A stretch of 64,000 nucleotides of DNA, taken from the NCBI GenBank assembly GCA_963775425.1, contig CAVZJB010000003.1, forward strand, positions 64,001 to 128,000, given 5' to 3'. Shown here one piece after another: positions 1 through 10,270 of the stretch (the first letter of the stretch is position 1; every line of letters begins with the position of its first letter). The stretch is from an uncultured delta proteobacterium. Lineage in GTDB: Bacteria > Myxococcota > UBA727 > VGSZ01. The notes below the pieces were generated by a model that saw only the letters and a program-made list of their open reading frames with translations, did not search any database and was not told where the DNA came from. The translations under genes and the position numbers were made by a program.

Positions 1-1877
1 TAGAGGTCCTTGGGGATGGCCGTGAGCCCGCCGAGCGCGATGACCATCATGAAGGGGAAGCCGAGCCACACGTTGGTGACGAGGTTGGCGAGGAAGGCGC
101 TCCAGGTGGCGTTCATCCAACTGAAGCCCTGGATGTGCAGCAGACGGTTGATGGCGCCGAACTCGGGGTGGAACATGCCCTTCCAGATGAGCGCCGTGAT
201 GTAGTTGGGCACGGCCCACGGGATGATGAACAGCACCCGGTAGAGCGCGCGGAAGCGCAGCTTGGCCTGGCTCAACACCAGCGCGAGGAACACGCCGATG
301 ACGAGGTGCAACACCACGTTGGACACGGTCCACAGGACGGTCATGCCCAGCGTGAAGAAGAAGCGGCCGTCGCCGCCGGCGAGGATCTCGCGGAAGTTCT
401 CGAGGCCGACGAAGGTGTACTTGCCCCACGAGTGATGGAAGAAGCCCATGCCCACCCCGAGGCCGAAGGGCACGAACACGAGGAGGGCCATGCCGACGGC
501 GGCGGGCGCGGTGTAGCCGTAGGCGATGCGCGCCCCCCAGACGTGGCGCACGAGCTTGACCGGGCCGTAGCGGAACACGCCGACGCCGACGACCAGCGCG
601 AGCAGCCCGAGGACGAGGCCGACGAAGACGGCGAAGCTGCTGCGGCTGCCCTCCTTCACGCCGCCCTGGATGGTGGCGACGAGGCCCTTCACGGTCTTTT
701 GCGCCTCGGCGAGCGTCTTTGCGGGATCGGTGCCCTGGCCGATGGAGGAGCCCAGCGCGAGGTCGAACTGGCTCCACACGCTCTTCATCTCGGGCGTGTT
801 GGGCGTGGGCACCGAGTGCGGGAGCTGCGCGAGGAAGCCCCGCAACAGCGGCGCGTGGGGATCGTCGTCGCGGAGGGCCTTCCACGCGCTCTTCTTCGCC
901 ACCGGCTGGAGCCCCTCGAGCAGGCGCGTGGTGGCGGACGGGTCGGACGCGAGGGCGCGCACGAGCTCCACGGCGAGCGCGCGCTCCTTTGTACGGCCCG
1001 AGATGAACGCGCCCTCGACGGAGAGGAACGGGCGCATGGGCCCCGCGTGCGGCGCCTCGGCATCGTCGACGACGGGGAGCGCGCTCACCGCGAGCGGGAT
1101 CTTGGGATCGACGTCGCCGAGGCTCCAGGGACCGGCTTCGAAGAACGCGGCCTTGGCGTCGTTGAACAGCGAGGTGGCGAGGGCGCCGTTCACCTCCTGC
1201 GGCATCACCCCGCCGTCGCGACCGAGCTTCATGGCCCAACGAACGCTGGCGATGTTGGCGGGGTCGTCGAGGACGGGGGCGCCGGCGTCGTCGAAGATGC
1301 GCCCGCCGAAGCCGAACAGGATGGGCGCGTGGAAGTAGAGCAGCCGGTTTTCGTAGACGAGGCCGTAGACGCCGTCGTGGGTGGCGGCCTTGGCCATCCG
1401 CACCAGCTCGCTCGTGGTGCGCGGCGCGTCCGGCGCGAGCTGCGTGTTGCGAAAGAGCGCGAGCGACTTGAACGCGAGCGGGAACGACCACGCGTGGCCC
1501 TTGTAGAGCACGGCGGGCACCAGGCCGTCCTGCAGTTGCGCCACCGACGCGGGATCGAGGAGGTCGTCGACGGGCTGGATGACCTTGGCCTCCGCCCAGT
1601 CGCCGATGGTGTCGTGGGCGGCGATGAAGACGTCGGGTCCGCGGCCGCGCGGGATGGCCGCGGTGATCTTGTCGAGGTAGGCGTCGTAGGGGACCGCGCT
1701 GACGGTGACCTTGAAGCGCGTCTCCGTCTTGTTCAGGTCGACGATGATCTTCTCGAGCGCCTCCTGCTCCTTGCCGCGGTAGGAGTGCCAGAGCACCAGC
1801 TCGGGCCGCGCGTCTTCGGCGTCGTCGCCGGCCACGGCACCGAGGGCAAGGGAGAGCGCGAGCGCCGCGTGAATCAC
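1..1877 (-). CDS. Maltose/maltodextrin ABC transporter: solute-binding domain fused to MalF-type permease (3' end outside window)
   Basis: Not in the ORF track; translated by hand from GTG 1877, which overlaps the MalK stop. One frame reads signal peptide, [38 protein letters not shown] (sugar SBP), then TM segments with [35 protein letters not shown] (CUT1 permease). Confidence 0.9.
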   Translation of the reverse strand, partial: MIHAALALSLALGAVAGDDAEDARPELVLWHSYRGKEQEALEKIIVDLNKTETRFKVTVSAVPYDAYLDKITAAIPRGRGPDVFIAAHDTIGDWAEAKVIQPVDDLLDPASVAQLQDGLVPAVLYKGHAWSFPLAFKSLALFRNTQLAPDAPRTTSELVRMAKAATHDGVYGLVYENRLLYFHAPILFGFGGRIFDDAGAPVLDDPANIASVRWAMKLGRDGGVMPQEVNGALATSLFNDAKAAFFEAGPWSLGDVDPKIPLAVSALPVVDDAEAPHAGPMRPFLSVEGAFISGRTKERALAVELVRALASDPSATTRLLEGLQPVAKKSAWKALRDDDPHAPLLRGFLAQLPHSVPTPNTPEMKSVWSQFDLALGSSIGQGTDPAKTLAEAQKTVKGLVATIQGGVKEGSRSSFAVFVGLVLGLLALVVGVGVFRYGPVKLVRHVWGARIAYGYTAPAAVGMALLVFVPFGLGVGMGFFHHSWGKYTFVGLENFREILAGGDGRFFFTLGMTVLWTVSNVVLHLVIGVFLALVLSQAKLRFRALYRVLFIIPWAVPNYITALIWKGMFHPEFGAINRLLHIQGFSWMNATWSAFLANLVTNVWLGFPFMMVIALGGLTAIPKDL

Positions 1878-2924
1878 GCTTCAATCCGCGCGCCGGCGGC
1901 GTCGAAGAACGAGAGCTTGCCGCGCGGCACGTGCAGAGCGACCCGCGCGCCCGGGCGCACCCCGGCGTCGTCGTCGACGAGCGCGCCGAAGCGGGCGTCG
2001 CCGAGCTTGCCGAAGGCGAAGCTCTCCTGGCCGAGGCGCTCGACGAGGTCGACCTCGATCTCGCCGAGCGTCACGACCCCGTCGTGCCCGTCGCCGGCGC
2101 CGGCCGGGACCGCGCGCACGTCGTGCGGTCGCGCTCCCAGCGCCGCCGCCGCCGCCGGCGGGTGCACCGCGTCCTTGAGCGCGCCGGGGGTGACGTCGAT
2201 GATGCCCATGGTGGGCGTGCCGAGGAAGGTGGCCACGAAGCGGTTGGCGGGCTTCTTGTAGAGCTCGAGGGGCGGCCCCACCTGCTGCACGACGCCCTCG
2301 TTCAAGACCACGATGCGGTCTGCGAGGGTCATGGCCTCGACCTGATCGTGGGTGACGTACACCATGGTGGTCTTGAAGCGGCGCTGGAGCGCGGCGATGT
2401 CGGCGCGGACCTCCATGCGCAGCTTGGCGTCGAGGTTGGACAGCGGCTCGTCGAAGAGGAAGGCCTTGGGCCGGCGCACGATGGCGCGGGCCATGGCCAC
2501 GCGCTGGCGCTGGCCGCCGGAGAGCGCCTTGGGCTTTCTGTCGAGGAGGCCCTCGAGGCCGAGCATGGACGCCGCCTCCTTGATGCGCTCCGCGATCTCC
2601 GACGACGCCATGTGGCGCACGCGCAGGCCGAAGGCGATGTTGTCGCGCACGCTCATGTGCGGGTAGAGCGCGTAGCTCTGGAACACCATGGCGAGGTCGC
2701 GGTCGCCGGGGGGCACATCGTTGCTCCGCACACCGTCGATGATCAGGTCGCCCCCGCTGATGGTCTCGAGGCCCGCGATCATGCGGAGCGTGGTGGACTT
2801 GCCGCAGCCGGAGGGGCCCACGAGGACAACGAACTCGCCGTCGGCGATCTCGAGGTCGACGCGCTTGACCACCACCACGTCGCCGTAGCGCTTCTCGAGA
2901 CCCGAAAGCGGAGATCGCCGCCAT
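1874..2924 (-). CDS. malK: Sugar ABC transporter ATP-binding subunit (MalK/UgpC-like), apparent +1 frameshift at about codon 5
   Basis: [52 protein letters not shown]. Removing one base at 2910/2911 joins ATG 2924 to give [19 protein letters not shown]. Confidence 0.9.
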
Positions 2925-2970
2925 GCGCCTGTATTGCGACGACGACGGATTGGGTCAAGGGTGTGCTCCG

Positions 2971-3894
2971 ATGAAGAAGGCGGCGCCGCGCGTCATCGAG
3001 ACCGACGAGGCCATCGTCATCGGGGCCCGCCGGGTCCCGCTGTTCCGGGACCTCTACCACGTGTTCCTGCGGGCGAGCTGGGCGCAGGCCCTCGGGGGCA
3101 TCGTGGTGGCGTTCCTCGCCATCAACGTCGTCTACGGCGGCTTGTACATGCTCACCGACGGCATCGCCCACGCGAGGAAGGGCTCCTTCTTCGACGCCTT
3201 CGCCTTCTCCGTGGAGACCCTCGCCACCATCGGGTACGGGGCCATGGCGCCGCAGTCGGTGGCGGCCCACCTCCTCGTCGTGAGCGAGGCGGTGGTCGGG
3301 CTCCTGGCCACCGCGGTGTCCACCGGCCTCGTCTTCGCCAAGTTCACGTTGTCACCGGCGCTGGTGGTGTTTTCCTCCAAGGTGACAATCTCGCCCATGA
3401 ACGGCGTCCCGACGCTGAGCTTTCGCCTCGGAAACGAGCGCGGGGACCTGATCGTGGAGGCCATGGTGCGCGTGGCGATGATCCGCACCGAGGTCACCGC
3501 CGAGGGCGTGCTGTGGTACCGCATGATCGACCTCCCGCTCGCGCGCGATCGCTCGCCGGCCATGACGCGCTCGTGGAACGTGCTGCACCACCTCGACGAG
3601 CGCTCGCCGCTGTTCGGCGCGACGCCGGATTCCCTGAAGAAGGACGAGGTGGAGCTCATCGTCTCGCTGGTCGGCGTGGACGAGACGTCGATGCAGCCGG
3701 TGCACGCGCGCAAGCGGTACACGGACGACGCCATCGTCTTCGGCGCGCGCCACGCGGACATGGTCTCCGTCGCCGCCGACGGCGAGCGCCTCGTCGTCGA
3801 CGTCACCCGCTTCCACGACGTGGTGCCGACCAATCCGACGGACGCGTTCCCCTACTCGCATGCGCCGGCGTTGCCGCAGAGCGTCGACGCGTAA
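2971..3894 (+). CDS. Inward-rectifier potassium channel (KirBac family)
   Basis: DLYH slide helix, [14 protein letters not shown] filter, GLVFAKF, cytoplasmic IRK domain ([27 protein letters not shown]). Confidence 0.92.
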   Translation: MKKAAPRVIETDEAIVIGARRVPLFRDLYHVFLRASWAQALGGIVVAFLAINVVYGGLYMLTDGIAHARKGSFFDAFAFSVETLATIGYGAMAPQSVAAHLLVVSEAVVGLLATAVSTGLVFAKFTLSPALVVFSSKVTISPMNGVPTLSFRLGNERGDLIVEAMVRVAMIRTEVTAEGVLWYRMIDLPLARDRSPAMTRSWNVLHHLDERSPLFGATPDSLKKDEVELIVSLVGVDETSMQPVHARKRYTDDAIVFGARHADMVSVAADGERLVVDVTRFHDVVPTNPTDAFPYSHAPALPQSVDA

Positions 3895-3985
3895 CGTGAA
3901 TCAACCGTCATCGTTGATCGCAGAATTCATGATGACGCTCAGATCGGATCGAGATAGAGGACGGCTCTGTTCCGGGGGAGCGCGG

Positions 3986-4240
3986 ATGACCTCTCTGCCG
4001 CCGACGCAAGACATCGACACGCTCCCCGACGGCGCCGCCGTCATCACGGACGAGGTCGACATCGACATCTCCGCCTCGGACGAGGCCTCGGGCTCGTATC
4101 CGTCGCGCCGCCCGTTCGATGAAGAGCCCACCCGCAAGGCGCACGCGCCCAAGCCCCCGCGCAAGTCCGACGACGAGAGGACCGACGTCGTCGACGTCTC
4201 GAGCTGGGGCCCGTTCCGCGGCCGCGACGACGAGAACTAA
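3986..4240 (+). CDS. Small acidic hypothetical protein
   Basis: GGGGAG upstream of ATG 3986, GC3-rich codons, 84 aa, no recognised motif. Confidence 0.5.
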   Translation: MTSLPPTQDIDTLPDGAAVITDEVDIDISASDEASGSYPSRRPFDEEPTRKAHAPKPPRKSDDERTDVVDVSSWGPFRGRDDEN

Positions 4241-6318
4241 CGGCGGGGCTGACAGAGGCACGACGACGTGGGCTTGATGTCCGCGTCCTTCCACACGGCG
4301 TCGAAGCGCGCGCGCACGGGCTTGGCTTCGCCGCTCCTGCCTTGCGCCTCGAGCGCCTGGGCGAGCCCGAGGAGCGCCCAGCCGTTTTCGGGCACGCGCC
4401 GGAGGTCCTCGCGATAGACGGCCTCGGCCTCCTTGTCGCGGCGCATGTTCATGAGCACCGCGCCGAGCGCGTGCCGCGCGGGCTGGAGCCAGTCCGGCGG
4501 CTCGTCGTAGCGAAGCGCGTCCTCGGCGGCGACGGCCTCGCGCAGCGCGGCGATCCCGTCGTTCGTCTTTCCGGCGGCGACGGCGACCTCGCCCGCGGCG
4601 AGCGCCCGGGCGACGGCGAGGAGCGCGCGCCCGTCGTTGTTGCCGAAGCGCGCGTCGGCGGGCAGGGCGGCGACGGCGTCGTCGAGGGCGGCCAGCGCCT
4701 GCCGCGCGCGGGCGACGTCGTGCTTGGCCGCCCAGGCGACGGCGCGCGCCCCCAGGCGCATGGCGCGCGCGATGGGGAGCGCGGGGCCGAAGTCGGGCGC
4801 GGCGAGGATGTCGTCCCACAGGCCGAAGCGCATCTTCACCTCGAGGGGCAGGGCGACGATGCCGTCGGCGACGGCGGCGTTTTCGCGCAGCCAGTCCTCG
4901 GGGATGTCCTTGACCATGCGATCGATGGCCTGCAGCGCGAGCTGCTTTTGCCCCGTCATCATCGCGGCGTACGCGAGCATGTGCTCGTTGTGCGCGACGT
5001 AGAACAGATAGAAGCCTTGGCGCGGCACCCGCGCGAGGTACGCGGCGTCGGCGGCGAGCGCGGCTTGGCTCGACTTCACGGCGTCGGCGAAGCGGCCGAG
5101 GCGCACGTCGAGGTGCGAGGGCATGTGGACGAGGTGGGCGAGCGCCGGCGCCATGGTGCGCAGCCGCTCGGCGCTCATGGCGGCGTGGGCGGGCGTGCTC
5201 GACGCTTCCCACAGGTGGATGGCGAGGTGGTTGGCGAGCGGCTGTAGCGGCGACCTCTTCAGCACGTCGCCGATGACGGCGGCGATGTCCTCGGTCCCCG
5301 GCTGCGGCTCTCCGTCGGGTGTCCACTGGTCCCACGGGCGTACGTCCATCATCGCTTCGGCCGCGAGCGCGCCGAGGTCGACGTCGTCGGGGTGCTCCTT
5401 CCACAGGGCGCGAAGCGCCTGCGCGTGCGCCGTGGTGAGCGCGAGCGGCGGCGCGTCCTGCGTGGGCGGCTGGAAGCGCGCGGCGAGCGAGGCGGCGAGG
5501 CCGTGCTCCACGGACCGCGGGCCGGCGCCGGGGCTCCCCCGCCCGATGAGGGTGAGGGCGCGCTCGGCGGCGGCGAGGCCGGCCGATCGGTGCGGCTCGT
5601 CGAGGTCGGGGTTGTTGATGTGCGGGCCGTTACTGACGGCGATGAAGACGAAGCACATCGCGCAGCGCGGATCGAAGGCCGCGGCCTGCTCGAAGGAGCG
5701 GATGGCCTCGTCGTGGTTGAAGCCGTACAAGAAGCGCAGGCCTTGATCGAAGTACCGCTGCGCGTCCGCCGACGTCGTTTCGATCTTCCGCGTCCACGTC
5801 CCGGTCCCGGCAAACAGCGGCTCCTTCACCTCCACCCGCGGCGCCGGCTTCGAAGGGGGCGGCGCCGGCGCCCGCTTACACCCGAGCACGAGCGCCACCG
5901 CGCAGACGGCGGCGACGCGCGCCACGCGGCCGGCGACGCCGGCGTTTTGCCCGGCGACGCGCGCCAGGCCGGCGCTGTGCCCGGCGCCGCGCGCCACGCC
6001 CGCGCCGCCCCGCGCATCGCCCGCGCCGCCCCGCGCATCGCCCGCGCCGCCCCGCGCATCGCCCGCGCCGCCCCGCGCATCGCCCGCGCCGCCCCGCGCA
6101 TCGCCCGCGCCGCCCCGCGCATCGCCCGCGCCGCCCCGCGCATCGCCCGCGCCGCCCCGCGCATCGCCCGCGCCGCCCCGCGCATCGCCCGCGCCGCCCC
6201 GCGCATCGCCCGCGTCGCCCCGCGCATCGCCCGCGCCGCCCCGCGCATCGCCCGCGCCGCCCCGCGCATCGTAGGGCGGGGGCTTGCCCCCCGCGTCGGA
6301 GCGTCCCCCGCGGGGCAT
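4237..6318 (-). CDS. TPR-repeat putative lipoprotein with N-terminal tandem repeat
   Basis: ATG overlaps the upstream stop (TGATG). VALVLGC lipobox-like, AQRYFDQGL..YGFNHDEAIRSF, HLVHMPSH, YDEPPDW, ENGWALLGL motifs of a widespread TPR family. True start may be a GTG downstream of the repeat. Confidence 0.8.
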   Translation of the reverse strand: MPRGGRSDAGGKPPPYDARGGAGDARGGAGDARGDAGDARGGAGDARGGAGDARGGAGDARGGAGDARGGAGDARGGAGDARGGAGDARGGAGDARGGAGDARGGAGVARGAGHSAGLARVAGQNAGVAGRVARVAAVCAVALVLGCKRAPAPPPSKPAPRVEVKEPLFAGTGTWTRKIETTSADAQRYFDQGLRFLYGFNHDEAIRSFEQAAAFDPRCAMCFVFIAVSNGPHINNPDLDEPHRSAGLAAAERALTLIGRGSPGAGPRSVEHGLAASLAARFQPPTQDAPPLALTTAHAQALRALWKEHPDDVDLGALAAEAMMDVRPWDQWTPDGEPQPGTEDIAAVIGDVLKRSPLQPLANHLAIHLWEASSTPAHAAMSAERLRTMAPALAHLVHMPSHLDVRLGRFADAVKSSQAALAADAAYLARVPRQGFYLFYVAHNEHMLAYAAMMTGQKQLALQAIDRMVKDIPEDWLRENAAVADGIVALPLEVKMRFGLWDDILAAPDFGPALPIARAMRLGARAVAWAAKHDVARARQALAALDDAVAALPADARFGNNDGRALLAVARALAAGEVAVAAGKTNDGIAALREAVAAEDALRYDEPPDWLQPARHALGAVLMNMRRDKEAEAVYREDLRRVPENGWALLGLAQALEAQGRSGEAKPVRARFDAVWKDADIKPTSSCLCQPRR
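5997..6271. repeat. 21-bp tandem repeat, 13 copies (CGCCCGCGCCGCCCCGCGCAT), encodes DARGGAG on the minus strand
   Basis: 13 GCATC units counted at 21-bp spacing; one copy has a substitution (DARGDAG). Confidence 0.97.
6271..6300 (+). repeat. REP-like element copy A (GTAGGGCGGGGGCTTGCCCCCCGCGTCGGA)
   Basis: GTAG tetramer followed by an imperfect GC palindrome; near-identical copies at 23920 and 25822. Confidence 0.7.
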
Positions 6319-8375
6319 CAGAAGCTGGCCGACAGCATCGCGAGCGCGCGGAGGATCTGCAGCCCGCGCTGGTCGAGGCGGTCGTCGGAGGCGTCGAGGT
6401 CCTTGTTCAGGTATTCGACGTGCAGGAGCAGGTTGGCGCCGCCGAAGACGTAGCGCAGGTCGGTGAACACCTTGTGCTTGAGCGTCTGGTAGTCCGGGTA
6501 GTTCGCCACGCCGGCGATGACCTCGCCCGAGCGGTGCCGCTCGAACCACGCGTCGAGCTCGTAGCCGACCGACGCCGAGAATTCGTCGGTGACCGGCGCC
6601 TCGATGCTCGCGCGGTTGAAGAAGAGCAGGCCGAGGTAGTTGTCCGCCTCCTGGATGGTCGGATCGCGCAGGTCAGAGTCGTAGATGAACTTGGACTTGC
6701 CGCGCAGCTTGAGGCCGTTCAGCACGTCGAAGGTGTACGAGCCCTTGAGCACGGAGATGACGGTCCGGCGGTTCTGGTGCTCGTGGTACACGCTGCGCGG
6801 ATCGCGGCCGCGGTCGTTGGTGTTGGCGAACGTGTAGAGGTCCGTGTCCGTCATGCCGTCGGTGTAGAGGAAGTCCGGATAGGTCTTGGCGGTGTCGAGC
6901 CGCCCGTTGCCCGTGTCGGTGTTGTACTCGATGAGCGTCTCCTCCTCCGACAGCTCGAGCGCACCCGGGCTCCACGTCGTCACTGCGGTGCCGCCGTGCC
7001 AACCGATGCACGGCTCGTAGAACGGCTCGGTGAAGTCCTGGAACTCGTTGGCGACGTTGAGCGTCGCCACCTGGCCGCCCTCCATGAAGCCGTCGGTCAG
7101 CAGGAGATCCTCTTCGCGGCGCGCGCCGAAGACGCTCACCCAGTCGGTGCCGATGTTGAAGTACTCGAGCTGGAGCTCGAGCCCCACGTCGAGCGGGTCG
7201 AAGAGCTCCGCGCGCGCGGTGATGGCGTAGCCGTTGTGCTCGCCCATCGGCGCCGGCGTGAAGCCCTGCGCGCCGCTCACCGAGTTGAAGACGAGGTTGT
7301 TGTTGGTCTTGGAGTACGAGTACGCCACGAGCGCGGTGAGCCCGAGCCAGTCGATGGCGTTGCTCTTGGCCTGCAGCGTGGCGTCGAGGTTGGTGTAGCG
7401 GAGGTTGGTCACCACGCCGCCGTCGCGCGCGTCGATGGCGTTGGTGGAGCCGACGGCGTCGGGGTCGTCGAGGTCGGCCTCCTCGTCGACGATGAGGCTC
7501 GTGACCTGCTCGAGCTGCACCCAGTCCCAGGCGCTCTGCAGCTTGAGGCCGTACGCGACGTCGCGCTGCCAGAACGGGTTTTCGATGAGGGGGTCGGCGA
7601 TGCCCGTGGTGTACCCGGGCCCGGCGAACAGCTTCGGCAGCGCCACGATGCCGAGCGTGTAGCTGAGCGGGTCGCCGAAGCTGCCGTTGAGGAAGGCGCC
7701 GCGGGCGTTGTCGCGCTCGGTGTAGCGCGACTTGCCGATGGTCCACGCGTTGAACATGCCGAGGTCGGTGGCGCCGAAGTGGACGTAGTTCACCGTGGGG
7801 ATGGGCGGCGCGATGCGCAGGTAGATGCCGCGGAGCTGCAGGTACGACGCGTGGTTCTGGCCGAGGCTCTCGCCGCTGCCGTCGGGGACGGGCCCGAGGT
7901 CACCGTTTTCGTACCACTCGGCCCACTCGGCGCCGAAGCGCGACTGGATGCGCGCGCCGGCCTCGACGCGATCGGAGACGCGACCGACGAGGGTGAGGCC
8001 GAGCTCGCTGCAGATGCCGTTGTCGCCGGAGAAGTTGTCTCCCTCGACGGCGGGGTTGCCGTAGCTGACGCAGCCGCCCGAGGTGTTGTTGCGCAACAGC
8101 AGCTTGGTGAAGAAGTCGCCCTTCCACGTGAGCGACAGCGGCGGCGGCGGCTCCGCCGACGGCAGCGACGCCATCTTCTCGTCGACCTTCTCCTGCACCT
8201 TCTCGTCGAGCTTTTCGTCCGTCGCGGCCTTGAGGCGGGCGTCCACGATCCTCTCGATCTCGGCGCGCATGGCGTCGTCGATGACGGGGGCGGCGGCCGG
8301 GGGGGGCGGGGTTGTCGCGGGGTCGGGCGGAGGGGTCTGCGACGCGAGCGCGAGGACGACGGCGAGCGGGTGCAT
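6318..8375 (-). CDS. Putative outer-membrane beta-barrel protein (candidate maltodextrin porin)
   Basis: Signal peptide, Pro-rich and coiled-coil N-terminus, many alternating amphipathic beta-strands, C-terminal LRALAMLSASF ending in Phe. Substrate is inferred from context only. Confidence 0.7.
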   Translation of the reverse strand: MHPLAVVLALASQTPPPDPATTPPPPAAAPVIDDAMRAEIERIVDARLKAATDEKLDEKVQEKVDEKMASLPSAEPPPPLSLTWKGDFFTKLLLRNNTSGGCVSYGNPAVEGDNFSGDNGICSELGLTLVGRVSDRVEAGARIQSRFGAEWAEWYENGDLGPVPDGSGESLGQNHASYLQLRGIYLRIAPPIPTVNYVHFGATDLGMFNAWTIGKSRYTERDNARGAFLNGSFGDPLSYTLGIVALPKLFAGPGYTTGIADPLIENPFWQRDVAYGLKLQSAWDWVQLEQVTSLIVDEEADLDDPDAVGSTNAIDARDGGVVTNLRYTNLDATLQAKSNAIDWLGLTALVAYSYSKTNNNLVFNSVSGAQGFTPAPMGEHNGYAITARAELFDPLDVGLELQLEYFNIGTDWVSVFGARREEDLLLTDGFMEGGQVATLNVANEFQDFTEPFYEPCIGWHGGTAVTTWSPGALELSEEETLIEYNTDTGNGRLDTAKTYPDFLYTDGMTDTDLYTFANTNDRGRDPRSVYHEHQNRRTVISVLKGSYTFDVLNGLKLRGKSKFIYDSDLRDPTIQEADNYLGLLFFNRASIEAPVTDEFSASVGYELDAWFERHRSGEVIAGVANYPDYQTLKHKVFTDLRYVFGGANLLLHVEYLNKDLDASDDRLDQRGLQILRALAMLSASF

Positions 8376-8460
8376 GCACGCCGCATAGTCGACGCGGGGG
8401 CCAAGGAAAGGGGGTCGAAGCGGGCGGCGCGACGACGAGCACGCTATACGGGACGCGGTC

Positions 8461-9903
8461 ATGCGCCCCATCGCCCGCATTCGTTTCGCCGCCTCCGCCT
8501 GCGCCTTCGCCGCCCACGCCGCCGCCCTCGCCGCCGCGTGCGCCGGCAGCGGGTGCGTCCACACGCAGCAGGTCCACGACCTGGTGGCGTGGGGGCCCGA
8601 AGCGCCCGCCATCGTCATCGAGGACACCACCGTGTTCCCCGCCACGGGCACCGGGGTGCTCGAGCACCGGGACGTCGTCGTCACGGGAAAGCGCATCACC
8701 GCCGTGCGCCCCACGGGCGAAGGCGCGCAGCCGCCTGGGGCGGTCGTCATCGACGGGCGCGGCAAGACGCTCCTGCCGGGCCTCGTCGACGCCCACGTGC
8801 ACACGCAGGTCACCGGGGCCGCGCCGTGGTACGTGGTGATGCCCAGGCCGGAGCACGTGCTGCAGGAGGCGCTCTACGCGGGCACCACCACCATCCACGA
8901 CATGGGCGGCCCCGTTGACGACGTCATCGCGCTCAAGCGAGCGGTGGCCGACGGCTCCGTGATCGGGCCGCGCATGCTGGTGGCGGGCCCGCTCATCTCC
9001 GCCAACGGCGGCTACCCGGAGAGCTACATCAAGCGCGTGCTCCCGCTGCTCGCGCCGGTGTTCCTCCCCCGGTACACGCGCGTGGTCGACTCCCCGGCGA
9101 GCGGAAAGGAGCTGGTCGACGAGCTGGTCGACGACGGCGTCGATCAGATCAAGATCTGCCTCGCCGACACCCCCGACGGCACCGCCGTCCTCGACGCCGC
9201 CACCGTCCGCGCCATCACGGCCGAGGCCCACGCGCGGGGGAAGAAGGTGTTCGCGCACATCGACACGTCCAAGAACGCGCGGCTCGCAGCCGACAACGGC
9301 GTCGACGTGCTCGCGCACGGCGTGCACTCCACGGAGCTGTCCGTCGCGGACGCCGAGGCCATCGCCAAGGACGGCACCAAGGTGGTGCCCACGCTCATCA
9401 CGTTCGAGCGGCTGTACGAGCTGTCGCACGGCACGGTGTCGCTGTCGCGGACGGAGCAGGAGACGGTGGCCACCAACATCCAGCGCTCGCTCGCGCGCGT
9501 GCCCAGGGGCTACACGCTCGACGGAGACCTCGCGCACTGGCTCGAGCACCTCACCGAGCACCGCCACGCCCGCCTGCACGAGAACGTCTCGCGGCTGCGC
9601 GACGCCGGCGCCCGCATCCTCGTCGGCACCGACGGCCACGGCAGCACCGCCAGCTTCCCCGCGGGCATCCACGAGGAGATGCGGCGGCTGGTCGAGGCGG
9701 GGATCCCGAACGCCGAGGTGCTGCTCGGGGCCACCGCGTGGTCGGCGCACGCGTCGCTCGACAACCCCAGCTTCGGCACCGTGGAGCCCGGCAAGGACGC
9801 GGACCTCCTGCTGATCGACGGCGATCCGCTCGTCGACATCACCGCCACGGAGCGCATCGACACCATCATCTTGCGGGGCCGCGTCGTCCGGCGGTTGCGC
9901 TAG
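8461..9903 (+). CDS. Amidohydrolase family protein, probable lipoprotein
   Basis: VIDGRGKTLLPGLVDAHVH, KVFAH, LAHG, VGTD, GTVEPGKDADLLLIDGDPL. Confidence 0.9.
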   Translation: MRPIARIRFAASACAFAAHAAALAAACAGSGCVHTQQVHDLVAWGPEAPAIVIEDTTVFPATGTGVLEHRDVVVTGKRITAVRPTGEGAQPPGAVVIDGRGKTLLPGLVDAHVHTQVTGAAPWYVVMPRPEHVLQEALYAGTTTIHDMGGPVDDVIALKRAVADGSVIGPRMLVAGPLISANGGYPESYIKRVLPLLAPVFLPRYTRVVDSPASGKELVDELVDDGVDQIKICLADTPDGTAVLDAATVRAITAEAHARGKKVFAHIDTSKNARLAADNGVDVLAHGVHSTELSVADAEAIAKDGTKVVPTLITFERLYELSHGTVSLSRTEQETVATNIQRSLARVPRGYTLDGDLAHWLEHLTEHRHARLHENVSRLRDAGARILVGTDGHGSTASFPAGIHEEMRRLVEAGIPNAEVLLGATAWSAHASLDNPSFGTVEPGKDADLLLIDGDPLVDITATERIDTIILRGRVVRRLR

Positions 9904-9934
9904 AGAGCGACGCCACAGGACGCGTCGGAAATTC

Positions 9935-10270
9935 TTGACGCGTCGGAAAAATCCGACGTGCTGGTGGGCCGCCGGCGACGTCCGCCCCGTCGTCGGTCAC
10001 CGCTTCACCCTCGACATGGGGGAGTGGGGCCAGCAGCGCTGCGAGGTGCTCGCGGTGGAGCCGGAGCGGCTCCTCCGCTACAGCTTCGCCGAGGGCGCGC
10101 TCGACACGACGCTCACCTGGGAGCTCACGCCCGAGGGAGAAGGCACGCGGCTCAAGCTCGTGCACGAGGGCTTCGACCTCGACTCGCCGCTCGGCAAGGC
10201 CGCGTTCGAGGGCATGGGCCGGGGTTGGCCGGGCGTGCTCGCGGGCGTCGAGCGCGTGCTCACGTCGTGA
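9935..10270 (+). pseudogene. SRPBCC/AHSA1-like protein, apparently 5'-truncated
   Basis: WWAAGDVRPVVGHRF..CEVLAVEPERLL..TLTWELTPEGEGTRL..HEGF..GW is present, but the usual first strand and 'P..VW.ALT.P' helix are missing. Confidence 0.65.

Noticed and set aside
3895-3985. AT-richer intergenic stretch with short inverted repeats (CGTCATC..GATGACG)
   Set aside because: Most simply a promoter region; nothing specific enough to call an RNA or operator.
5997-6271. Tandem array as a possible CRISPR
   Set aside because: Head-to-tail 21-mers with no spacers and no cas genes.
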